Source: Squalus acanthias
Lineage: Eukaryota
Direction of reading: 5' to 3'
NCBI GenBank assembly: GCA_030390025.1
Contig: CM059432.1
Location: 19,594,001-19,658,000, forward strand
Length of the DNA stretch: 64,000 bases
Program-made: the position numbers and the translations under genes
Part shown: piece after piece, positions 12,785-26,370 of the stretch
Numbering within the stretch: the stretch's first letter is position 1
Layout of the letters: the number at the start of each line of letters is the position of its first letter
Notes under the pieces: generated by a model
Database searches by the model: none
Told to the model about the DNA's origin: nothing
What the model saw: the letters and a program-made list of their open reading frames with translations, nothing else

Positions 12785-14176
12785 GGAATTGTGGTTGTGG
12801 TCACTGGGATGATTCCATTCAATTTGGAATCAAAAGGAAAAAATAGAAGAACATCTAGAAACCAAAAACATAGTAATGAATAGTCAGCATGGATTTCAAG
12901 AGGGAAAGTCTTGCTTGACCAACCTCATTGAATTTTTTGAAGAGGTAACAGAGAGAGTAGACAATGGTAATGCAGTAGATGTGATTTATCTAGATTTTCA
13001 AAAGGCCTTCAATAAGGTACCCCATGATAGACTGATGAACAAGATCAGAGAATGTGGTGTCAGGGGACAAGTAGCAGAAGAGTATATACAGTAGCTGGCT
13101 TCAAGACAGAAAGCATAGAGTAGGTGTAAAAGGTAGCTATTCACAGTGGCACAAGGTGGGTAGTGGTGTTCCACAAGGACTAGTGCTAGGACCACTGTTG
13201 TTCACATTTTACATTCATGATTTAGACTTTGGAATCAAAATACAATTTCTAAATTTGCGGATGCCACCAAATTGGGGGAGATAGTCAATACTGAGGAGGA
13301 CTGCAACAAATTACAGGAGGACATTAATAAACTTGCAGAATGGGCATATAATTGGCAAATGAAATTCAACACAGATAAATGTGAGATATTACATTTTGGT
13401 AGGAAGAATAGATGGCTCACTTATCACTTGGAGGGTGCGAGTCTAGGTGGGGAAGAGGAACAAAGGGATCTCGTAGTACAAATACACAAATCATTAAAAG
13501 TTGTGGTGCAGGTTAGCAAGGCCATACAAAAAGCAAACCAAGCTCTAGAGTTTATTTCTAGAGGTATAGAATTGAAAAGTAGGGAAGTTATGCTAAACCT
13601 GTATCGAACTTTGGTTAGACCACACTTTGAGTACTGCGTACAGTTCTGGTCGCTATATTATAAAAAAGATATAGAAGCACTGGAGAGGGTGCAGAGAAGA
13701 TTTACAAGGATGATACCAGAAATGCGAGGGTATACATATCAGGAAAGGATGAACAGGCTGGGTCTCTTTTCTCTTGAAAAAAGAAGGCTGAGGGGTGGCC
13801 TGATAGAGGTCGTTAAAATTATGAAAGATTTTGATAGAGTGGATTCAGAGAGAATGTTTCCACTTGTGGGGAAGAGCATAACTAAAGGCCATCAATATAA
13901 GATAGACAGCAAGAAATCCAATAGGGAATTCAGAAGAAACTTCTTTACCCAGAGAGTGGTGAGAATGTGGAACTCGCTACCACAGGGAATGGTTGAAGCG
14001 AAAAGTATCGGTGCATTTAAGGGGAGGCTGGACAAGCATATGAGGGAGAAGGGAATAGAGGGTTATGCTGATAGATTTAGACAGGAGGAGGCTCGAGTGG
14101 AGCATAAACACCGGCATGGACTGTTTGGGCCGAATGGCCTGTTTCTGTGCCGTATATCCTATGTAATCCTATGTAA
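12785..14176 (+). mobile_element. 5'-truncated CR1 LINE (RT)
   Basis: SQHGFQEGKSCLTNL...DVIYLDFQKAF; ORF 13272-14189; (ATCCTATGTA)n tail. Confidence 0.95.
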
Positions 14177-15506
14177 AGGAGCTGTCTAGGATGCATCCTT
14201 CCATCTGATTCCTCCTCTTCTGTGTCTTCCTCTTCCCTCTGCAAGCGGATGCTGTAAATGTGAAGTGCCAGCATAAAATGCTGGAAATACTCAGCTGGTC
14301 CAGCAGCATCATGACCTGAGACATGAACTCTGTTTTTCTCTCCTTGGATGTTGCGTGACCTGCTGAGTATTTGCAGCATCTTCTGTCTTCTCAAAGGCCA
14401 TCATTTACCATCCGAGCCCTTGCAAGCGTTCAGCAGCATTCCCTACAAACTTAAAAAAAACTTTTCACATCTATTGCAGCAAGCCACGACTTGGTCCAAA
14501 ACTTTAAATCCAAACTTACCTGAACAATCTGCGTGTTCCTTTAAGAGGTGCAGACATCGCCACTGACAGCCTACTTGCACGCCAGGTTAACCTTGCATGT
14601 TTAGGACCCAGCAGCGCTGGGGTCAAAGTTCGCGCTTGTGGTGTAAAGTCAGCATTGCATGCCGATTTATGTCACAATGCCGTCATTTTGTCCAGCATGG
14701 CGCTGCCACAAATGTAAGGATGAAAACAGCAGCCGCCGCGGGAAACGCTAGCAGCTGGCGAAAGAGCGGCGGCCACCGTTTTGGCAGCATTTAATGGGGC
14801 CACGGAGTGGTGCTAATGCCACGAATTTCTAGCCCAGAAATTCTGGTCAGTTATCTCGTTGGATTTTGTTGTGTGCAAATTGGTTGCTGTGTTTGCCTAC
14901 ATTACAACACTTCAAAAATACTTAATTGTCTGTGAATTGCTTTGAGGCATCTTAAGAATGTGAAAGAATGTCATAGAATGAATGTTCTTTCTTCATTCTT
15001 TCAAAATAATAGTACAGCTTTACAATATTGTTTTGGGCCATATATTTTCTTCATGGTGTAAACCATTACAAAACAGGTGCAGTTTGTAAACTGGTGAGGA
15101 AATATTTTCACAAACTGCCTTAAAACTGCATATAAAAATGATTTCCTCCAATTTAAAAACAATTGATCTATAAATAACAAAAGAAGACTGAAAGTTAGTT
15201 CTTAAGGGCTTGTTAATTAATAGTTAGGGCTCGATGTTGCCAGTTTGGGCGGGCTGGGGTGTGTCAGGTGGGATTCGTGTCATGACGCCGACTCCGAAGT
15301 GAAGTGTTGAAAAATTGCGATTTTGCCCTAATTAGGCAAGTGATTTCCAGCGTGTGGGAACCCCTGGCCCAATGAGGCTTTTCATACAGAAAGTCGCCTC
15401 CGATAACGTCATCAATGCTGCTGGATTTAAGGCCTGCAAGCAGCCTTGCTTCTTCTGGAGACTGGAAACGCTTTGGAAATTGTATGAAGGACTTCATTTA
15501 CCAGCC

Positions 15507-17479
15507 ATGTCCACCAGCAAGCAAAAGTGTGCACCTCGCTTTGATGAGCCCTCCCTCCAAGCTCTGCTGCAGGGAGCAAGATCTAATAAGGAGGTGCTCT
15601 TCCCTTCCTCAGGGATAAAAAAGCCACCACAACAGACTAAATCTGTGTGGCTGCAAGTGGCCCAGGAGGTCAACTCCATATCAATGTGCCGCAGAACATG
15701 GCTGCAATGCAGGAAGAGGTTTCATGACCTTCTCCGCACAGGAAAAGTGAGTATGACTTTCCCATCACCCTCAAAATGATCCCCATCGCCTCTCCTCACC
15801 AACACTCTGCTTTGCCAACCTCTTCCTCCACATCCCACTTGACACTTACATCCCTGCACCCTTACCCATTCCCTCTCTCTCTATGGTCACATTCTCTTAA
15901 CTATTCGACCATGCAGCCCTCACAATCTCTATCACTGTGATGCAATGACAACAACTTACAACACACAGGGAGGGTCCTTTGTCTCCTTCTAAGCATCTAT
16001 GCTATGGATTCTCTGCACTCACTCCTTCATTCTCGCTCAAACTCCACTTGTGTCCCTCATTGCAGGAAAAGAGAGCCCACAATAAGAGGGAAAGAGGCAT
16101 GACAGGAGGAGGGCCACCCTCAGTAGCCCAGCTCACCACCTGGGAGGAGGCGGCCCTGGAAATCGCCGGGATCGAGGAGGATTCCGAAGTGGGGGACGGA
16201 CAGATGGACGCGTCACAGCAAGCTGGTGACAGAACAGTTTGGCATCTCTCTCATTGACATTGCATGAGTCACTGATAATGAAACTGATGCTTTAACAGAT
16301 TGACTTATGATCATCTGCACTATTCAATGTGCATGTAACCTTGACCTCACATCTCTAACTCTTTCCTTTACTCCCCCACAGGACCATCGAAAGCCCCCGT
16401 CCCCACTGTCCAGGAGGAAGAGCCTGAGCTTCCAGACTCCTCAGAAGAAGCTGCAATAACTGAGGGCGCAGCATCAGCGGAATTCAGCGCACCCAGCACC
16501 AGCGCAGACACTCACACCTCAGTGGGACCTTCGCGAGATAGCGTAGTGTTGGCACCTGGTGTATCACAGCTCATAAGTGAGCATCAGCAGATGGTGGAGA
16601 CAGGGTCAGCAGTGGAGACTCCTTGTCAGAGGGCGCAGGACTCTGCCAGCTCGGCTCAGCTGCATGTCAACCCTGTGCCTCCGGGTCCATCCAGAAGGAG
16701 AGCGGTGCTGGAACTTCAGGAACAGGTGCAGGAGTCTCTGGCAGGTTTTGTCTCCAGGGTCACTGCGAGTGTGGAGCGAATGGAGGAGTCCATCGCGAAC
16801 ATGAGCAGAGCCTTTGTGGACGCATTGGCGCATGAAAGCATCACTGCGGAAAGGATGGAAACCTCCATGGAACGGATGGCTACCTCCGTGGTAAGGCTGG
16901 CTACCGTAGAGGAGAGGATGACTACGGTTCAGGAGAGGATGGCTACGGCCATGGAGGAGCTAAGTCGCCAGGGTATGGAAAACATGGTAATTGTTCAGAA
17001 TAGAATGACATCTTTTGAGGAGCGATGGTCAAACAAACCAGACCTTCATGGAAGTCCTCTGGAGTAGGACTTCCAGTGCAGAAACGGGTCCTCATGGCCC
17101 CCCTGAAGTGCAGCAAGGTGCTGTCAAGCCACTTGCTAGCTCTGAAGTGGGGCTGACCCATGAGAGGGATGTTGGTGGCATACAACAAGGAAGTGGGGGC
17201 TCCTCTCCAAGCGCTCACACAACCATGCCACTGCAGAGCCCTCAGTCAGAGCCCCACCAGAGTCCTCACCCAACTGAGATGGGCATCTCAGCCCCTACAC
17301 AGCCGCAGGAGCAGCAGACTGTTGGCGAGCCCGCACAGGTTCGCAACCCCAGAGGACGCCCGCCAAAGGCGTCAAGACAGGAGCAGTAAGAAAGTGAGCA
17401 AGGGGCCTCCACATCTGCTAAAGCCACAGGGGAAGCACCACATAGGAGCACGCGTAAGAGGAAGATAAAGCACAAGTAG
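15507..17479 (+). CDS. Spliced Harbinger Myb/SANT-like DNA-binding protein (exons 15507-15746, 16066-16225, 16382-17067; ancestral end probably 17479)
   Basis: ATG in gccATG context; GT-AG introns in phases 0 and 1 give a 361-aa open frame: MSTSKQKCAPRFDEPSLQALLQG...WLQVAQEVNS...RTWLQCRKRFHDLLRTGK|EKRAHNKRERGMTGGG, then a coiled-coil-like M/E/R repeat. A probable frameshift near 17020 and a stop at 17387 affect the tail. Confidence 0.8.
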
Positions 17480-17737
17480 TCACAAGGGTAGTCACTTGGG
17501 TGCTGTGATGTTTTATATTTGGACCAGCCATCATTGTCATTGTATTATAAACAGATTTGATGGCAAACTGTTGAAGTTGTGGCCTGTGTCATTTCGCAAA
17601 TGGGACTTTCACATTGAGGGCTTAGGGCGCCTTGCAATTGTCAGTATGGTGGTCAGAGTGATAGGAATCCGCAGTTTCTTGTCCATTGTCGATGCTCTGG
17701 TAAGAAGGTGCGAGACAAAAGTGTTTGATTGTGCAGG

Positions 17738-17960
17738 CTAACCAAATCTGGCCAAGATGAGTGCGTCCCTTGCATCCCAGGCAGCAATGTTGTCGCGCGC
17801 TGGCGCCTTCTGGCCTGTGCAGCTTCAGGTGGGTGACTAGCAGCTTGGCACTCCTGTTGATGCTCCTGCTGTTGGTGCTGCTGCTGTTCATGGTTCTGCT
17901 GCTGCCACGGCTGGTCTTCGTCTGAATCTGATGTCCAGGAGGAAAGGAATTAAATGGTCG
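17738..17960 (-). pseudogene. Harbinger transposase C-terminal tail remnant
   Basis: Q/E-rich segment ending IAAWDARDALILARFG*, similar to the end of the 9541 transposase (RRAVRDWLIRLQFE*). Confidence 0.55.
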
Positions 17961-20900
17961 CCATGCTTCTGGTATATGCCTCAGTTGAGGAAGCGCTCAG
18001 TCAAGGTGGGGAGAGGAGTTTCCTAGGAGGTCACACTGGAGATGGGTGTCAGGCTCCAAACTTCCACAACAATGAGTAGGCCTGCTAAAAGTTCGCCCAG
18101 ACCTGAGACAACAAATTTCTGCCACATGCAAATGATCATCGGTGAAAACTCCTTTTTAATGGTGGAGCTGCAGCTGTTAGTAAGCAATCCAATTGTGAGG
18201 CCGCCAGGATTACCTGGCATGTTCCAGAGGAGGCGTGTAGGATGAGGGAAATGTCTAAAAATCAGAAAGGCCTCTCAAAATGGGATAATAGAGGCAATTA
18301 AGTGTTTGTTAAGGGCCTTAAGGGTCTATCCCGCCTCTTGGAGGCAGGATGGAAACGGGGTCAGAAAACACGCATGTGGGAAAATTGCTCGGAGGCGGGA
18401 TGGAGGCGGGATCTGGCCCGCCCGCCATTTTTTGTGATTTTACCACCTCACACGCCTCCAAACCCGCCTCCTCGTGCTTGGCAAAATCGAGCCCTTAGTG
18501 TCCGAACTGTACTTGTTGCATATTTCCATTGTACCGGTGAGATCCTTAACATAGACATGATTTGAAGAGGATGAGATTATCATTTATTCAGCATGCTGTA
18601 AATTTATAAATGGAGGTCAAGCTGTCCAAGTCTCACCAGCTTCGGTTAGCTTCAGCACAACCTGGTCAACTGTTAATGTTATACTGAAATTGACAGAAGT
18701 TGCTGAATAACTATCAGTTTTATTCATACAACCCTTTCAGACATCACTGAGAGTTTTCACTCAACCCCTGTTAGTAACCTTCAATTGGATCCACACAGCT
18801 TTCCCCTGCAGTATCAGGCCTAAACATTCCTCAACCATCGCACACCTCAGGAGTATCAGACCACGGCAACTCCAAGGGCTCCAAGCTCAGCAACCCCCGC
18901 AATGACAGCCCACACATTGACATAAATGATCAGCAAGTAAGCTGTAACTCAGATCATTTCTGTGAATGAGTCATTACTATCATGTCAGTCATAAATTTCC
19001 GAAAGTAATACTTTGCAAAAATTTAACGGCTCTCCTTATTCGGAATGATCAATCTCTTAATGAACTGAAAGCCAAAATGTCAGTCATTCTTAAATAGAAT
19101 GGATGTCCATAAATAGGGCATAAATGTTGATCATACACCTGAAACAAACATTTTATGGGAACCTAGTCCACTTAAAAGAGACATAGGGCCCGACACATGA
19201 GGGCCAGGGCAGCAGGGGAAGGCTGAGGGATGACTTAGCAGGGGAGATCCATGTAGTGGCAGCAGGGGTTGGTTGAAGATTGCCACCAGGCACCGGCCAG
19301 AGTAAATATATCTTGAGGAGAAACCTGTGTGTGACTATTCCCTATTATTACAGTATTTATAACTTTGCTTTGTGTAAAACACTGGATTTACAAATAGTTA
19401 AACAGTGCGTTACAGAAGTGTGAAACTGACCATCAGTATTGGTTGACCAATTTCCGCTGGGTGAGAAGATGAAACTCATGAGGGTCGAATCCAACAGCAG
19501 GAAACCTAAGACTTAAAACTTAAACCAGCTTACTGCACAAAATCGATTATCTTTACTAATTATTTCTAAAGGAAGAAAAGACAGCCTTAATATTCAAATA
19601 ACGCTCTAAATGATGAAAATTCTGCCATAATGCAAATTTTTTCTTGAAGTTTCCAAAGTCATAAAACTGTGCTCCTTCATCTTGTAGATCATTAGCAAAA
19701 TGAATTTCATTACTTTGAAAATATATGTACATCATTTTACATCATAGTATCTGATTCTGATTTTTAAAAAACCTATTTCTCTGCATTAACTCATGTCCAT
19801 CCAAAAATTTCCGTCCCTTCCTTTGGGAGCTCCCAGCCAGTTCAGACTGTTTTTGGGTAAACCAAGGGTTACATAACTGCAATCATTATATAATCTAATC
19901 CAAACTGCCGGAATATCAATTCATGAATGGAATTGGAACTCTTCCCATATTGAAATAAGATATTCATTACCTCTTTAGACTTTATAATTAGTATGTAGCA
20001 CTAATGGCTCAAACACTCAAAGCAGAGTCTGACATATTCATCCTTCTAATCCAACTTGTTATGAACACAGCAATAAAATTGCAGTGATTTATAATTGTGA
20101 ACAAACTGGTTTTGCCTATATTTGGTTGATTTCCCCATACACATTCAGCAATAGTTTCAAATAATCTCTAATTAATGTGCGTGATCAAATCATGTTTTTA
20201 ATGTCGCTCATATCGCAGCCGCATTCAACTTTCCTGCACAATCTCAAGTGATTTTTCTTTTCTATTTTCTGTATTTATTTTACACCAATACCCCTTCCAG
20301 GTCTACGGAAAAGTAAATTAGATCTCGAACATCAAGGGGCGTCAGCTCCTCACTTTTGTTTTTTTTTCAAATTTAATTCAAAAACAATTTCTGAAATATC
20401 CTTGGCCTTAAAATGGCACCATTCAATTTTAATGGATCCGCACTTAAGCGTAATTTTTTGACAGGCCCCACACTGCCCATGGGTTCATAAGCGTGTTTTA
20501 GAATGTTTAAATAGCATAAGCAATGCTCAGCAGTTAACAGCGCAAGCAGTATCAGAGCCTGAGCACAGCCTGTGGAACGATAGCAGGAGACAGCACATCG
20601 GGGGAGGAGAAAATTCTTTTTAAAAAGCTATTGAAAAAGTATTTCTAAACAAATAGAAAGAATAATCTGAATTAAAATTCTATTCTGTACATGTCTCCAG
20701 TTCTGTTTTATATTAAATAAAAAAGCTTTTTTTCCCCTGTTCTTATCTAAAAGCATAGAGGAATGTGATTCGAGAGCTGATGACATCTTTGGGTACTCAA
20801 AGGGTTGGATGCTAATCTGTGGAATTGCTCGCTTTTTTAATTTGTTTTTTAATTTTTGTCAAATTTCAAAGCAGATAAGATAAGCTTTTTCATTTTCATA

Positions 20901-22170
20901 CAGCACCGTATAATTTGGCAGAGTGACATGTTAAATCGAGCAAAACCCATAGAGATTCCTTTGATGTCCTACTTCACTTAGAAAGCATGCTTAAATTTAC
21001 AGATAAAATTAATGAATAAAAGGAAAATAGATTCTGATTACATCCACATTGAACACTGAAACATTCTGATTACTACACTAATTAAAGAAGGATTGATGTC
21101 AAGTCTTTAAAAATTCAGCTTTTAAGAGAACAAAAATAATTAGAAAAGTCCTCAATGAACATTTTAACAGGTTCACTGTATAATGTACACAATGTTTAAC
21201 TCAGTCCTGGGATAAGTGCATGAGATATATTTGATGTAAGGCAGAGAATACGGTCATTTTCCTTTCTGTCTCTGATATCTTATAAGAACATAAGAACATA
21301 AGAAATAGGAGCAGGAGTAGGCCATTCGGCCCTTCGAGCATGCTCCGTCATTCAATAAGATCATGGCTGATCTGATCTTGGCCTCAACTCCACTTTCCTG
21401 CCCGCTCCCCATAACCCTTGATTCCCCTGTTTTTCAAATATCTGTCTATCTCCGCCTTGAATATATTCAATGACTCCGCCTCCACAGTTCTCTGGGGTAG
21501 AGAATTCCAAAGATTCACGACCCTCTGAGAGAAGAAATTCCTCCTCATCTCTGTTTTAAATGGGCGAACCCTTATTCTGAAACTATGCCCCCTAGATCTA
21601 GATTGCCCCACGAGGGGAAACGTCCTCCCTGCATCTACCCTGTCCAGCCCCCTCAGAATCTTATACGTTTCAATAAGATCACCTCTCATTCTTCTAAACT
21701 CCAATGAGTATAGGCCCAACCTGCTCAACCTTTCCTCATAAGACAACCCCTTCAACTCAGGAATCAACCTAGTGAACCTTCTCTGAACTGCCTCTAATGC
21801 AAGTATATCCTTCCTTAAATAAGGAGACCAAAACTGTACGCAGTACTCCAGGTGCGGTCTCACCAATGCCCTGTACAGTTGCAGCAAAGCTTCCCTACTT
21901 TTATACTCCATCCCCCTTGCAATAAAGGCCAATATTCCATTTGCCTTCCTAATTAGTTGCTGTACCTGCATGCTAACTTTTTGTGTTTCATGCACAAGAA
22001 CACCCAGATCCCTCTGTAGCGCAGCATTCTGTAGTCTCTCTCCATTTAAATAATATTTTGCTTTTTTATTCTTCCTACCAAAGATAACCTCACATTTTCC
22101 CACATTATACTCCATCTGCCAAATTTTTGCCCACTCACTTAACCTATCTATATCCCTTTGCAGACTCTTT

Positions 22171-23013
22171 GGGCTGGATTTTCATTGACCCGTGGAGGCG
22201 GGTTTGGAGGCGTATGGGGGTTAAAGTTGCAGGTTAAAGGTCCCGAACCCATCCCGCCCCCAACCCGCCTCCATGCCAGTTTTGCTGGAGGCGGGTACCC
22301 GACCTGTGCTGGGACCCGCCTCCCCGAGGTGGGAAGGGGATTAGTGACAATTAACTGCCTGTTAACAGGTTGTTAACAGGCAGTTTTTTGCCTAATCCCT
22401 ATTTTAAAAGCTGAAATGTGGGCTTCCCGAAAGGTCCCAACCACGCCAAGTAAGCGAGGCGGACCGTGGGTCTGCAGGGGTTGAAGGGGTCGATATGTCT
22501 GGTGGGCAGGTGAGTGATGAGTGCATGTGTGCAGAGGTAAGTGTGTAAGGTAAGTGTAAAGTATGGGAAAAAGTTTTACTTACCTTAACTTCCTCCTGCA
22601 GGTGTCAGCCCTTCAGGTCTCGGGAGTCAGAAATCTCACTGGCACAGAAAGCACAATGGCCGTGGTGCTGTCAAAAACTGCAGCCTTCTGTTTTCTGTGC
22701 TGGAATGATTTCTAACTCAGCCTGAGAGGAAGGACTCAAGTTAGAAATCATATTGTCAGTGTTTGACAGCTTCACAGAGCTGTCAAACGCTGATATTTCA
22801 TCTGTCAAAAGCTCTTGACAGATGAAATGTCAATCTGTGACGTCGCCTGTTGCCGGGTGGCCGTTAATTGGCCTGCTGAGCTCGCTGGGCGGGCTCAACA
22901 AGGTCAATCAAGTGAAAATGCAGTGGGTTGGCCACAAGTCGATGGAGGCGGGACTACAACCCAAAAAGTGGGAGTCCCGCCTCCATCACGTCCCCAGTAT
23001 CAAAATCCAGCCC
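22171..23013. mobile_element. Harbinger MITE inside the CR1 RT
   Basis: TIRs gggctggatttt / aaaatccagccc; TSD TTT; CR1 sequence rejoins across the insertion. Confidence 0.9.
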
Positions 23014-25335
23014 TTTGTGTACTTCTCACAACTTGCTTTCCCACCTATCTTTGTATCATCAGCAAATTTGGCAACAGTACACTTGGTCCCTTCATCCAAG
23101 TCATTAATATAGATTGTAAATAGTTGAGGCCCAAGCACTGATCATTGTGGCACCCCACTAGTTACATTTTGCCAACCTGAAAGTGACCCATTTATCCCGA
23201 CTCTCTGTTTTCTGTTAGTTAGCCGATCCTCTATCCATGCTAATATATTACTCCACCCCCCCCCAACCCCCATGAGCTCTTATCTTGTGCAGTAACCATT
23301 TATGTAGCACCTTATAGAATGCCTTCTGGAAATCCAAATACATTACATCTACTGGTTCCCCTTTATCCACCCTGCTCTTTACATCCTCAAAGACCTCTAG
23401 AAAATTTGTCAAACACGATTTCCCTTTCATAAAACCATGTTGACTCTGTTTGATTGTATTATGATTTTCTAAATGTCCTGCTATTACTTCCTTAATAATG
23501 GATTCCAGCATTTTCCCAAATACAGATGTTAGGCAAACTGGCCTATTGTTTCCTGCTTTCTGTCTCCCTCCTTTCTTGACTAGGGGAGTTACATTTGCGG
23601 TTTTCCAATCCGCTGGGACCTCTCCAGAATTCAGGGAATTTTGGTAGATTACAACCAACGCATCCACTATCTCTGTAGCCACTTCTTTTAAAACCCTAGG
23701 ATGCAGGCCATCAGGTCCAGGGGACTTGTCAGCCTTTAGTCCCATTAGTTTGCCTAGTACTTTTTCTCTTGAGAAAATTATTGTTTTAAGTTCCTCCCTC
23801 CCTATAGCCCCTTGATTATCAATTATTATTGGGATGCTTTTAGTGTCTTCTACCGTGAAGACCGATACAAAACATTTGTTCCAAGTCTCTGCCATTTCCC
23901 TTTTTCACATTATTAATTCCCCAGTCTTATCCTCTAAGGGACCAACGTTTACTTTAGCTACTCTCTTCCTTTTTATATACCTGTAGAAGCTCTTACTTTC
24001 TGTTTTTATATTCTTTGCTAGTTTACTCTCATAATCTATCTTCTCCCTCTTAATTATTTTTTTAGTCATCCTTTGCTGGTTTCTAAAAATTTCCCAATCC
24101 TCTGGCCTACCACTAATCTTTGCAACATTGTGTGCCTTTTCCTTCAATTTGATACCATCCTTAGCCACGAACGGTTCATCTTCTCGTAGAGTCTTTCTTT
24201 CTCGCTTGTAAGGGGGCGTGTCTCAGACGGTGCTGGTGCGAGGTTAGGCCTTCGTTGCCTATACTATTGCTTGCTCTGGTCTCCGGCCAGCCTTTTTGCA
24301 ATAAGCACCTGTGAGTGGTTCGACCCACTCGCCCTTACGGTTCTAACACCTGGACTTAGATGCAAGGAGCAGTAATGCAGAGAAAACTCAAATAGACCCG
24401 GTTGAATAGTACAAAATGGAAATCTTTATTGCATGGCGTCTAAAATCATGAAATACATGTCATAGGCACAAATCAACGAGAGTACAAGTATACATACATT
24501 CATAAAGCTTGGTCTATGGAAATGGAGAACACACGGCACATCGTAAAAAGGGGGAACACATTATACCTTAACCTTATTAAAAACCACCCTCCCTTAACAA
24601 TACCTACACTACGTCTGGATTTGTAGGATCGTAAAACATGCTCACCACTCGTGTTACTTCGGAGATTTTAAAATGAGGCACTCAGCTCGTTTCGCTACAG
24701 CGCCTGACTGTCACGTGTTTGGAAGGGTCTCTGCGCCCCACTTGTATACTTTCGCTGCTGCGAAAAACAGGCCAGACTCCCTGTTGTCATGAAGAACTCG
24801 ACAGAACTCGGAACGTTTGTAAAATTCAAAGAAGAGTCTTCCTGTGTCCGGTACAGGTTGTAGTCTGTAGAACTCAAAGAAGAGTCCTGTATTTATATTT
24901 TCGGGCGCGGTCGGGGTTTACTGACCGTGGCGGCACGTGGAATTTCTTCTCGTCTTCTTCTCGTCTCCTCTCCTCGGGCCTCCGGGTCCAGATACCATTT
25001 ACCGACACTCGGGATGGTGTACCCTGTTACTTGCCCTTGTCGGGGCGGCTCGTTCCGATTGAGCTCCACCCAACACTTGAATAACCGACCAGTACGGCTA
25101 AGAGTCAGGAGTCAACAAAGTCCAGAGAAACACAAAGTCCAGCCCCAAGGAAGAGCTTCAGCAAGGGTCCGCAGAGAGATAAGAGAATAAGAGACCGATG
25201 GACATTTGTTCTCTATAGTTATAGTGATGTGTCCGCTTATCTCCCGCTCAAATCTTAATGTTTGTCCTTTGTGTAATATTTGGCGCTCAAAACTCCCAGC
25301 ATGGGGCGATTATCTTCTTTAACGGGTTTCGGTAG

Positions 25336-26370
25336 CATCGACAGTTCCGACGGCCACAGCGAAAAACCGCATAGACCTCCTCAGAAGACGAACACGGGAC
25401 ACAACCAACAGAGTACCCTACGTCGTCCAGTACTTCCCCGGAGCGGAAAAACTACGCCATGTTCTTCGCAGCCTTCAACATGTCATCGATGACGATGAAC
25501 ACCTTGCTAAGGCCATCCCCACGCCTCCACTACTCGCCTTCAAGCAGCCGCCTAACCTCAAAAGTACCATCGTTCGCAGCAGATTACCCATCTTTCAGGA
25601 GAACAGCAACCACGACACCACACAACCCTGCCACGGCAACCTCTGCAAGACATGCCAGATCATGGACACAGATACCATCATCACACGTGAGGACACTACC
25701 CACCAGGTACATGGTACATACTCATGTGACTCGGCCAACGTTGTCTACCTGATACGTTGCAGTAAAGGATGCCCCAGAGCATGGTACATCGGCGAGACCA
25801 TGCAGACACTGAGACAACGTATGAACGGACACCGCGCAACAATCGCCAGGCAGGAGGGTTGCCTCCCAGTCGGGGAACACTTCAGCAGTCAGGGGCATTC
25901 AGCCTCGGATCTGCGGGTAAGCGTTCTCCAAGGCAGCCTTCGGGATACACGACAGCGCAAAATCATAGAGCAGAAACTGATAGCCAAGTTCCGCACTCAT
26001 GAGGATGGCCTCAATCGCGATATCGGGTTCATGTCACGATACAGAACGTGACTGGACATCATGGCCGGTCTTTCCAGCCTTTTTTAAAAAAAAAACTAAC
26101 ACAAGAACCAAAGTCAACTGCAGAGGATATGCAGCCAGCAGGTGTTTTGACACGTTGGACCCCCTGGGACACATCTCATTGTCTTGGCTGTGCTCTTAGT
26201 GTGTCTTTGATGTAGGGAAAGATTTGAATACACTTTTTCTGTGTTTATATTGTGAATTCTGGGAGATTCTCTCACAGCTACTCTACCTGAGGAAGGGGCG
26301 ACAGCTCCGAAAGCTTGTAATTTTAAATAAATCTGTTGGACTATAACCTGGTGTTGTGCGACTTCTCTTT
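25336..26370 (+). mobile_element. 5'-truncated Penelope-like element (GIY-YIG endonuclease and pseudo-LTR)
   Basis: PCHGNLCKTC...SANVVYLIRCSKGCPRAWYIGETMQTLRQRMNGHR...VGEHF...EQKLIAKFRTHEDGLNRD; stop at 26051. Confidence 0.93.
26281..26325 (+). ncRNA. Minimal hammerhead ribozyme motif in Penelope pseudo-LTR
   Basis: CTGAGGA (26287-26293), stem II ggggc-gaca-gctcc, GAAA (26309-26312), palindromic AAGCTT, then GTA. Confidence 0.7.

Larger units (their letters stand above)
11151..14835. mobile_element. Degenerate Harbinger with Myb remnant (~11796-12030), interrupted by a LINE tail and a CR1
   Basis: TIRs ggggagaaattcgtg / cacgaatttctagccc; MAQQAREGAPRVS start and WLQYPKKLHDL Myb-like remnant. 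Confidence 0.7.
15227..18494. mobile_element. Harbinger element retaining the Myb gene, transposase core deleted
   Basis: TIRs gggctcgatgttgcca / tggcaaaatcgagccc (15/16 match); TTA TSD at 15224-15226 and 18495-18497. Confidence 0.92.
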
